Positions 1 through 10,563 of a DNA stretch of 64,000 nt are shown piece by piece; position 1 is the stretch's first letter; each line of letters begins with the position of its first letter. The notes under the pieces were generated by a model. The model was given only the letters and a program-made list of their open reading frames with translations, did not search any database and had not been told where the DNA came from. The translations under genes were made by a program, and so were the position numbers. The DNA lies in assembly GCA_020137815.1 (NCBI GenBank), contig CM035360.1, positions 3,100,001 to 3,164,000 on the forward strand, in the 5' to 3' direction. The stretch comes from Hormiphora californensis. Lineage: Eukaryota > Animalia > Ctenophora.

Positions 1-520
1 GTTCACAATTGCTGAGCTAGCTTACCTGGGGCTTGGAGCGAAAAGAAGAGCAGGCAAAACAAACAAATCATCATTAGAAATGACCCTTCTTACAGGAAAC
101 TCAATTCTTCTTCCTCAGCCCACGATAGAGTGATCTTTGTTCTCAATACCCCCATGACACTATTTCACTCCTACTACCACACTAAGTCACCGTGATACCC
201 CCTTTTCACAGCCCCTGGCCTTCCACAGCCTGAATTATATACTCGCTGCTCACCGCATAGTCCCCTAATATTACCCCGCATCGATCCTATAGCATATGTA
301 AACCCTAACCCCATCATACCTTCCCCCACCAGTCACCACTGACCCCTAATCCCATATATATTATCCCTCCTATTATCCCTCCTTCCACAGCCCCTTCTTA
401 GGAAGAGTGTAGATAGTAGCAATCACAATCCCCACCATTATCTCTAACCCCATCAACCGAGATCCCTATCCCATACCCTCACTAGTTAAAACCCCTAACT
501 CCATTTATTATCCCTCCTAG

Positions 521-3500
521 GAAGATTGTAGATCGTTGTTGGAGTTGGCCATCAACAGTAAACACCTAGCGAGATGTGATGTAGTTACCTTCAATTGGGG
601 AATCGAAGGTAAGAGTTTTACTTTAACTAGGAGAGAGTAGGTAAGATTGTTACTTTCACTAGGAGAGAGCAGGTAAGATTGTTACTTTAACTAGGAGAGA
701 GCAGGTAAGATCGTTACTTTAGCTAGGACAGAGCAGGTAAGATTGTTACTTTAACTAGGAGAGAGCAGGATGAGACATCGACCATGACATATCGAGTAGT
801 AAGATTTGAATACAGTCAACTAACTAAACAATCAATTATTAAACCCCTTTTTGTTTAGGTCAGCCAGACTTGACAACGTGTGAGCTGGATTACACGGACG
901 ATGAGTTAGACGCTGATCAAGTGAGCCCTGAGAAACAGTTCCGATCAACGAAGAGGAACCTGGAGGTAATGATGACGTCATTAAATGACGTCATTCAATG
1001 ACCATAGTGACGTCATTCAATGACGTCACTATGGTGATGACGTCACTATTGGTGATGACGTCACTATGGTGATGACGTTATCACTATGGTGATGACATTG
1101 TCACCATGGTTATGATGTCACTATGGTGATGACGTCACTAGAGGGGTGATGACGTTATCACTATGACGACATTACCATTACCAATACTTACTCTCTTCCT
1201 GCCCGTCTTGCTCATTTAAACAACATGCCCCTAAATATATAATGCGATATAAATACCATTTTATTCGTTTCAGAAGTCAAAGCGACCCCGTCCTAAATCA
1301 TACGTAGGGAACGTCATTGTAACCCAATCAACTGCACCAATCACAACCTGATCTGACATTCACACAATATATCGCACAATAACACAGATCTGATCACAAC
1401 AATTTCATTTTATGTATTTCTGTAGAGGGGAGTCATCATTGTAGATTTCATGAACACCAAACATTCAATTTGTGTATGGGTCTCATTGTGTATAATTTCG
1501 TCAATTTAATTCCTGTGTTCATGTGTTATTTGTTACTGTACCTTATTTAAAGCTGACATTATATCTAATTCTAATAATTATCCTAATTTCAGCACATAAC
1601 CCGAAGTCCTGGTTTCTCGAACACGCAGAACCTGGCAGCACAGGCCGCTCAGAAAGCAGCTAACAAAAAATCATTCGATCCTGTGGCAGGTAAATGTTGT
1701 TTTACAACTATTGCTGTGCTGTCCTTAGCAACTACCCCCACCCATAGCAACAACCCCCGCCCTTAGGAACCACTCCCACCCTTAGCAACCATGCTTTACA
1801 AGATTCTCTCTCCCCAGGTGGTTTGGTATACAACTCATCACCACGGGGCACCAACCCCACCATAGCAACCACTCCCGCCCTTAGCAACCACTCCCACCCT
1901 TAGAAACTACTTATACTCCTGCCCTTAGCAACCACTCCTGCCCTTAGCAACCACTCCTACCCATAGCAACCACTCACACCCTTAGCAACTACTTATACTC
2001 ACACCCTTAGCAACTACTTATACTCCCACCCTTAGCAACTTCTCTCTCTCCCCAGGTGGTCTGGTATATAACTCATCACCACGGGGCACCAACCCAACCA
2101 CCACACCATCGACAGCTACAGGTGGACGGGGATCCAACCCCCGACAACCCCTCCCAACCCAGTCCCCCTACAGAACGAGTAGTGTCAGTGGGGGTAGCGC
2201 TTCACCGGGGGGAATGAATATTCCTGCTAACATACCTGCTGTGAGTTTAAAGTTCAAGAAAATGTCGGGACACGAAATTATTTCTGGAACGACATAAATC
2301 TATTTGTATCGCAACTGGAAAATCTATATAATGCTAGATACTGGAAAAGAGGTTAGTATGTTAGGGAAACTAATATGTAGTACTAATTATATTTTCTTAT
2401 TTTCAGAATTCTCCCGTTTCCTCGAGGGCAGGAGGAGGCAGAAAGAGTTTATCGATTAGTAACACGTCAACAGGGCAGCCAATTCCAAGCACCCGAAAAT
2501 CTAGTAAAGGTTAGTACCTCTCTCTCGACAGTGACAATTCCTGACAGAAACCAAGAAAACAAGACATGTTTTTTGATAAAGGAGCACATGCCTGGTTGCC
2601 TAGAGATAGCGAGAGTTGCTAGATCTAGCAACATGTCCCCAATCACTAATATTACGCAGGGTCCCGGTCTCACCATTACCATTCTGAGGCTCGAATACGG
2701 TCCGGTAAGATAAATTCCTCGAACATATCCAGTGTGTGTGCGTGTTTTATGCCCAGTAAAGAACACATGTCCCTTCTGATATAGTGTAAAAGTAAAGTAG
2801 TCAGCTGAATAAATCAAATACACACTTTAACATGTTGTATTTGTGTGTGTGACGTGTGTCTTCAATAGCAACAGCAATGTCCCCCTTTGTGTGAGATCGC
2901 ATGCGTAACCATGTTTTTTATGTCTAGATTCCTGCAGCAGCAGTGCCCGACTGCAATCAACTTCACCCGCCTTCAGTCGGAAAGGAAGGTTTTCCAGCCT
3001 CCGGAAATCCAATAAAAAAGAAGGAAAAGAGGAAGGGGCAGAGAATGAGGAGGAGGCGCCAAAATCTCGACGTAGATCGTTAGCAAGTTCGGATGCTAGA
3101 AGACCCAAACTGACGACAGATTCGGGGAGGAGAAAGATGTTCCGGGCAAAGAGTATTGATGGCCAGAAGGCATCTAAAATACCACCATCCTCAGAGGTAC
3201 CGAGGATCAGGGTACAGAGTGTGTCCGAGAACTCTAAAATTCTCAAACCAAGCAGATCTTCTATATTTTCCTTCAAACACAAGAAAAAAGACAGTTCTCT
3301 CAGTCTGGAACGGGTGAAAAAAGATGGGAAATCGTCCAGTCTAGAGAGGATCAGAGGGAGCTTTAATCGGAAAAAGAAGGCACCATTGAAGGCCCAACAC
3401 TCAACACCCTCCCCAATAACATCAGTTGGGACGGATGAGGAGGAAAGCACGTATTGTGACTTAGCTGAACTTGATCTGAGACCCGTGTCACGTGATCAAA

Positions 3501-6500
3501 TACCCGTGTCACGTGATCAGACACCTGTGTCACGTGATCAGACACCCATGTCACGGGATCTCAGACCCATGTTATCTCGCCAGATCACCGTTGTAGCAGC
3601 AGCTCCAAAACACGCCGATGAGGAGGAAGAGGAAGGTGACTACTTGGATTTAATGGAGATAGCCCAAATGGAGGAAGAAGATCCAACGTACAGTGACATA
3701 ATGGAGCTAAAACCCAAACTAGAACTACCACTTAGTAACATGCCTGATGATGGTGATGTTGTACCCAATAGCCCTGTCGTCCTGAGTGGTGGTAAGGTGA
3801 CTCCTGTCCTGGCACCATTGGACCTACAGCTGGCATTTAGCTCGGCCTGGGGTGAACCTGTACCTGAAGACGAGGAACTGAACAGTGCAATGACAATTCG
3901 GAACTTTGGAGACGCCTTCGAGAAGAGGAAAACACTTGAAAATGAAGCAGATACGGTATTTGAAAGTGAAGCAGATACGGTATTTGAAGGCGATAAGATA
4001 GCTGACAAAAGTAGTGATGAGGTTGATGGGTTGGGAGAGAGTGACGAAACAGCAGGTTATGACAGCGAGGAATCAGTTGATTTTAGAGCACGGATATATA
4101 GCTCTACAGTTGATACAGCCGATACTACAGTGATCTTGACACAGCCTTGGGGCCAAGATGTGACACAGCCTTGGGGCCAAGATGTGATACAGCCTAGAAG
4201 AAGCAGTGATCTGATACAGCCTAGAAGTAGCAGTGATGTGACACAGCCTAGAAGCAATAGCAGCAGCAGTTGTCGTGAGAAAAAGAGTGTCATTCGATAT
4301 CTTACACAATTACTGGTTTTGTCCCATTACCAATTACTGAAAATATTCTACAAAATTACTCAGACGAGTCTACAAAATTACTGAAAAGAGTCTTCTATAA
4401 TCACAATTACTGAAAACCCTTTCTTTTGACCTCGCTAAGCTCCTGATTTGTTTTTATTTTCAACCAAAATCAACTAAAACGATCTTTGAAAAAGGAGAAA
4501 CGACTACTCCCAATTATTGTACGTGCCAGTGTTTTGATTATAGCAGCTGCAAACTCCCACACCCCAACTCTGATGTTGGTTACGAAATAATGGATGGGTA
4601 ACTTCGTAACCAAACTTCAATGGGGCTGTGTGTCGATCTCTCTCTCTAACATCCCCCTTCTTACAGCGGGCCACAACACAGGAGGGATGGCAAGGGGATC
4701 CGTTCAGAGGAACAGAAGTTTTACTATGGACCAACCGACCTCCATCATGCGTAGCTCTTCTGGTAAGTTACTAAGTAGGGGAGGGAGGGAGAGATAGTTG
4801 GTAGTGCTTCTGGTAAGTTACTTACCGGTTACTAAGTAGGGGAGGGAGGGAGAGATAGTTAGTAGTGCTTCTGGTAAGTTACTTACCGGTTACTAAGTAG
4901 GGGAGGGAGGGAGAGATAGTTGGTAGTGCTTCTGGTAAGTTACTTACCGGTTATTAAGTAGGGGAGGGAGGGAGAGATAGTTGGTAGCTCTTCTGGTAAG
5001 TTACTTACCGGTTACTAAGTAGGGGAGGGAGGGAGAGATAGTTGGTAGTGCTTCTGGTAAGTTACTTACCGGTTACTAAGTAGGGAGGGAGGGAGAGATA
5101 GTTGGTAGTGCTTCTGGTAAGTTACTTACCGGTTACTAAGTAGGGGAGGGAGGGAGAGATAGTTAGTAGTGCTTCTGGTAAGTTACTTACCGGTTACTAA
5201 GTAGGGGAGGGAGGGAGAGATAGTTGGTAGTGCTTCTGGTAAGTTACTTACCGGTTACTAAGTAGGGGAGGGAGGGAGAGATAGTTGGTAGTGCTTCTGG
5301 TAAGTAGGGGAGGGAGGGAGAGACAGTTGGTAGTGCTCCTGGTAAGTAGGGGAGGGAGGGAGGGATAGTTGGTAGTGTTTCTGGTAAGTTACTTACCGGT
5401 TACTAAGTAGGGGAGGGAGGGAGAGATAGTTGGTAGTGTTTCTGGTAAGTTACTTACCGGTTACTAAGTAGGGGAGGGATGGAGAGATAGTTGGTAGCTC
5501 TTCTGGTAAGTTACTTACCGGTTACTAAGTAGGGGAGGGAGGGAGAGATAGTTAGTAGTGCTTCTGGTAAGTTACTTACCGGTTACTAAGTAGGGGAGGG
5601 AGGGAGAGATAGTTGGTAGTGCTTCTGGTAAGTTACTTACCGGTTACTAAGTAGGGGAGGGAGAGATAGTTGGTAGTGCTTCTGGTAAGTTACTTACCGG
5701 TTACTAAGTAGGGGAGGGAGGGAGAGATAGTTGGTAGTGCTTCTGGTAAGTTACTTACCGGTTACTAAGTAGGGGAGGGAGGGAGAGATAGTTGGTAGTG
5801 CTTCTGGTAAGTTACTTACCGGTTACTAAGTAGGGGAGGGAGGGAGAGATAGTTGGTAGTGCTTCTGGTAAGTTACTTACCGGTTACTAAGTAGGGGAGG
5901 GAGAGATAGTTGGTAGTGCTTCTGGTAAGTAGGGGAGGGAGGGAGAGATAGTTGGTAGTGCTTCTGGTAAGTTACTTACCGGTTACTAAGTAGGGGAGGG
6001 AGGGAGAGATAGTTGGTAGTGTTTCTGGTAAGTTACTTACCGGTTACTAAGTAGGGGAGGGAGGGAGAGATAGTTGGTAGTGCTTCTGGTAAGTTACTTA
6101 CCGGTTACTAAGTAGGGGAGGGAGAGAGAGTTGGTCGTGCTTCTGGTAAGTTACTTACCGGTTACTAAGTAGGGGAGGGAGGGAGAGATAGTTGGTAGTT
6201 ACTTACTAAGTAGGGGAGGGAGGGAGAGATAGTTGGTAGTGCTTCTGGTAAGTTACTTACCGGTTACTAAGTAGGGGAGGGAGGGAGAGATAGTTGGTAG
6301 TGCTTCTGGTAAGTTACTTACCGGTTACTAAGTAGGGGAGGGAGGGAGAGATAGTTGGTAGTGCTTCTGGTAAGTTACTTACCGGTTACTAAGTAGGGGA
6401 GGGAGGGAGAGATAGTTGGTAGTGCTTCTGGTAAGTTACTTACCGGTTACTAAGTAGGGGAGGGAGGGAGAGATAGTTGGTAGTGCTTCTGGTAAGTTAC

Positions 6501-7470
6501 TTACCGGTTACTAAGTAGGGGAGGGAGGGAGAGATAGTTGGTAGTGCTTCTGGTAAGTTACTTACCGGTTACTAAGTAGGGGAGGGAGGGAGAGATAGTT
6601 GGTAGTGCTTCTGGTAAGTTACTTACCGGTTACTAAGTAGGGGAGGGAGGGAGAGATAGTTGATAGTGCTTCTGGTAAGTTACTTACCGGTTACTAAGTA
6701 GGGGAGGGAGGGAGAGATAGTTGGTAGTGCTTCTGGTAAGTTACTTACCGGTTACTAAGTAGGGGAGGGAGGAGAGATAGTTGGATAGTGCTTCTGGTAA
6801 GTTACTTACCGGTTACTAAGTAGGGGAGGGAGGGAGAGATAGTTGATAGTGCTTCTGGTAAGTTACTTACCGGTTACTAAGTAGGGGAGGGAGGGAGAGA
6901 TAGTTGTTAGTGCTTCTGGTAAGTAGGGGAGAGAGAGAGACAGTTGGTAAAGGAGATGTAGGCGATGAGGTAGGACAGCCCCATAGCTGAACAAATATAT
7001 GGGAGATACAGAGAGAGACAGAGGGTTATAACAAAAATAGAGATGAAATGCTAGGTTGGTATGATCTTGTTGATAACTCCTAACCCAAAGTTCTAGTTGG
7101 GCAACAAGTTAAACCTAAGAAAACTCCTTCTGTAATTGGTGAGAAATTTCGTAGTAGTAAATAAATTAAACTGATGGTTAAACCCCTATAATTATCTGTA
7201 CCTCTATGTCCAATGAACATTGAATACTAATAACCGTGTACAATGTACGTGAATAACCGTGTACAATGTACATTACTAATCGTGTACAATGTACATTAAT
7301 AATCGTGTACAATGTACGTTAATAACCGTGTACTAGAAATGTTTTACCCAGTGAGTGTTACGTCTCCGAAGCAAGGACAGCAACAGCAACCCCCACCCCT
7401 CATACCTCATCGAGGAGGACCCCCTGCTCTACCTCCCCGCACACAACGACGCCGTGTTGAGGTAAGAATA

Positions 7471-7531
<61 letters not shown>

Positions 7532-7543
7532 CTCTCCCTCCCT

Positions 7544-7630
<87 letters not shown>

Positions 7631-9038
7631 CTGCAGGGGTGGGCATAAAAAATGTCCGCCCTAGACTAGCATAGTTCCAGATATCGTAGAGGGCTAAAAC
7701 TTGGCAGAGTTACTCTATGGAACAAATAAATAGGTTGACCAAATTTTCAGACTTTTAGCTCAAAGTTCATTTTTTTGATCGGAATGAACATTGTCAGTCA
7801 TTCCAAAAACATGAATTTTCGGTCCAGAAGTCAAACATTTGTCTTTGGCTATCGAATGTCTTTCAAATGCGACCAAAAAAATCAAAAACGGACAACCACA
7901 AGGCACACAGTGATCATGTTTCTGTCAGTTTCTGTCAGTTAGTCAGGTCATGTGATCCCCACCGAATCATGGACAACTTACTGAATTGCTAATCAGGCAC
8001 ATTGGGGAAGAATCACGTATCATAGCCGCTAATGAGGAATGTGTATCGAAAAGCGACATGTGATGCGAGAGCATTGGGATAAAGAGGTCACTTGTTAATG
8101 AGCCTCGGATCTCATAGCCAATCATCATCGTCATCCCTCATTAGCGGCTGTGATACGTGATTCTCCACAACTAATCCTGATTAGCAATTCATAACAGTCC
8201 ACGATTCGATGGGGATCACATGACCTGACTAACTGACAGAAACATGATCACTGTGTGTCTTGTGGTTGTCCGTTTTTGGTTTTCTTGGTCGCATTTGAAT
8301 GAAATTTGATAGCCAAAGACAATTGTTTGACTTCTGGACCAAAAATTCATGTTTTTTGGAATGACTGACAATGTTCATTCCGATCAAAAAAATGAACTTT
8401 GAGCTAAAAGTCTGAAATTTTGGTCAACCTATTTATTTGTTCCATAGAGTAACTCTGCCAAGTTTTAGCCCTCTACGATATCTGGAACTATGCTAGTCTA
8501 GGGCGGACATTTTTTATGCCCACCCCTGTATATATATATATTTCTCTCTCTCTCTCTATATATTTCTCTCTCTCTCTCTCTCCCTCTCTCGTTACATCAC
8601 TAACCTCTTCTTGTTTCTGTTCCACCCCATCACCCCTAGCTATAATATTTAACGCTCCCAATATCCCCTCCCCCTTTTCTCCAGGCGCTGTACGACTGTG
8701 AGGGAGACGATGATGATGAGTTGAGTTTCGCCCAGGGAGATGTCATTATAGTTGTTGATGAGATAGACGACTCCTGGTGGGTACGTTCCAAGCTGGGGTA
8801 GAGAGAGAGAGCTAGAGAGAGGAGGGACGGGGGTAGATAATATATGGATAAACAGGGGGTAGAAGAAGGTACAATGGCAATGAGGATGTTTTAGGGATTG
8901 GGGGTTAGTTTCATACATTTGTTACTCACTCTAACACCCCCCCCCCAGTTTGGAATGATAGAAGGAGATGATAACAGGAAGGGTATTTTCCCTAAAAACT
9001 TCATCAAACCATTCGATCAATCCGGACGTGGACGGTGA
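521..9038 (+). CDS. ASAP: ASAP/AMAP-family ArfGAP with C-terminal SH3 domain, 3' portion (spliced; 5' end lies upstream of the window)
   Basis: Phase-consistent GT-AG exons: 521-608 (EDCRSLLELAINSKHLARCDVVTFNWGIE), 859-965 (ELDYTDDELDADQ), 1274-~1303 (KSKRPRPKSY), 1593-1689, 2056-2240, 2407-2509, [2928-4274 optional], 4667-4762, 7352-7461 (Pro-rich PPALPPR), 8685-8780 and 8949-9038. The last two give the SH3 domain ALYDCEGDDDDELSFAQGDVIIVVDEIDDSWW/FGMIEGDDNRKGIFPKNF. The post-ankyrin W...SDDELD...PRP.S segment and the YDC..D.DDEL.F..G type SH3 match ASAP1/2. Confidence 0.8.
609..770 (+). repeat. Minisatellite, ~32-bp unit (ggtaagattgttactttaactaggagagagca), about 5 copies starting at a donor site
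   Basis: Directly visible. A related unit (ttactttaactaagagaga) occurs at ~32970-33070. Confidence 0.9.
968..1170. repeat. Degenerate minisatellite built on TGACGTCA (CRE palindrome)
   Basis: Seven perfect TGACGTCA at 973, 986, 1008, 1021, 1038, 1056 and 1130 within a gatgacgtcactatggt unit. Confidence 0.85.
1722..2040. repeat. Degenerate ~20-bp minisatellite (cccttagcaaccactccca) with an embedded duplicate of the downstream acceptor and exon start
   Basis: Repeated tagcaac units; 1805-1858 is nearly identical to 2043-2096. Confidence 0.85.
2928..4274 (+). CDS. Large putative cassette exon of the ASAP gene encoding a disordered basic-then-acidic region (contains ORF 3137-4384)
   Basis: Acceptor tgtctag at 2927 is in phase with exon 2407-2509 and in frame with ORF 3137-4384. 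A candidate donor c|gtgaga at 4275 gives a 1347-nt phase 1-1 exon. Otherwise it reads through to the stop at 4384. Confidence 0.55.
4751..6945 (+). repeat. 61-bp minisatellite (~35 copies) containing the exon end plus 5' splice site
   Basis: Unit gtagtgcttctg|gtaagttacttaccggttactaagtaggggagggagggagagatagttg; near-identical copies with no spacers. Confidence 0.97.
7634..8528. mobile_element. Non-autonomous foldback/MITE (Tc1/mariner-like termini) in an ASAP intron
   Basis: ~400-bp inverted arms beginning caggggtgggcataaaaaatgtccgccctagact; lies within a (TA)n tract; no transposase. Confidence 0.9.
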
Positions 9039-9880
9039 ACCCCCCTCCTCCTTAATTGTTTTATTCTTTATGTGTGTGATGTGGCGATATAGCACAAGAT
9101 ATGGGACGTTTATTTTGACACCGTTTAGAGAACATCAATTGTTAATACAAAACACGAGGCAATATGATATATATTGGGTATTTGACTAGCAGCAGGATTT
9201 GATATGTCACAAGAGATATCAAGATATATCTGTAATACTTTCAAAGTACACGCCCAAAGAATTCATAATAACACATGTATTTACATTTTTGTAAAAGTAT
9301 ATTATATGGTTAGTTTAGTTTTTGATTTGATAATCTGACAAAGTTATAAAGTTGGTTACTTTTTTTCATTTTCTCGGACGATTTCACTCTTCATTTTCTG
9401 AATAATTGAGATTAAATACTGTGCATATATCTTTTTCAAGCCGACAGCGGTTTCAGTAAAACGTCGAGTGATAGGTTTCAGTTTGAAGCTCCATGAAGTG
9501 TCCCCTTTTTTACTCAAAATCAAGAAGTTAAGAGTTATTTTCACAAATCCATGGTTCACATTTGTAAGGATCTAGTTTTCTAGCGGTGTTTTTCTAATCT
9601 CTTGTCATCACGATATTGATATGGTTTGAATTTCCTCCTTCAAAAACCTCGTGTTTTGCAATTGTCCTGATATAACGAGTCTCTCCCGGTTTTAAAATTG
9701 GATTGAGCCGCGCACAGTGCGCAAAATATATTTGCGCGTTTGACAAAATTTTCAAATTTGTGATTTCGAAAATTTCAATTTCGTGATTTGGTAGGTAATT
9801 TATTATAAAGTTTGAAAAGCGCTGCCTTATCCCGCGCTGCGCGTGGCGCAGAACAGGGGGCCAGCAACGTTTGCCAATTA

Positions 9881-10106
9881 TAAAGTCGGATTTTTTGAAA
9901 CTGTCACCCCCCTGAATTAACAAAATTTGACATATCTCCGGTTCCTGATAAGATAGAGACTTGAAATTTGGAGGTTCGGAAGAACTTAGCAAGATCTTCG
10001 TAACCTCCAAATTTCAAGTCTCTATCTCGTCAGGAACCGGATTTATGGTCATTTACGAAATTCGAAAATACCCAGGGGGGTGACAGTTTCAAAAAATCCG
10101 ACTTTA
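9881..10106. mobile_element. MITE, aagtcggatttt-TIR family
   Basis: TIRs taaagtcggattttttgaaactgtcacccccc / ggggggtgacagtttcaaaaaatccgacttta; relatives at 31178-31332 and 37341-37557. Confidence 0.85.
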
Positions 10107-10563
10107 ATTTGATCTTTTCTTCGTTTCTTATTTCGTGATTTGGAAAAACTCGCGCTTTTTTCAGTTAAAAAGGTTTCGGTTGCGCTCTCGCAGACTGATG
10201 ATATTTTCCTAGGCGTTATGGTTCTGGAGGCTTAGATATTTGCAAATGTGTTATCGAAATCGTGTGCTAAGGCGTCCCCATGTTCGCGCGATCGCTTGAG
10301 CCTTGAGGGGAGGCGCGATGCTCGGTGAACATGCTCGTGAGCCACGCCGTGCCCAAAGGCTTGAAGTGAGCCGTGAAAGTCATGTCTTAAGTAGAAACTA
10401 AAATCTAAATCTAACAAAAGTAACAGTTAACTTAACCTCAAAATAAATTTCACGATGAAAAATGAAAACTCGTGCTCACTGACACAATCGTTCCTTCTGG
10501 CTACTTATAATTGAAAAGTCACACTCGAATGTTACCAATCATCAAATTAATTATTAAACATGT

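Noticed and set aside
1-520. Additional ASAP exon or another gene at the window start
   Set aside because: Some splice-like signals are present, but I could not support an in-frame, recognisable exon.
2467-4309. Minus-strand ORFs 2467-2823, 2827-3450, 3640-4008 and 4057-4309
   Set aside because: Mostly antisense shadows of the plus-strand exon (2467-2823 is largely intronic); no domain features or splice support.
4815-4830. U1 snRNA gene (tacttacc)
   Set aside because: Only the 8-nt match is present, with no U1 stem-loops or Sm site.
4751-6945. CRISPR-like array
   Set aside because: Units are contiguous and near-identical with no unique spacers, there are no cas genes, and the context is a eukaryotic intron. 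The same applies to 54549-55895, 59412-59720 and 62500-63172.
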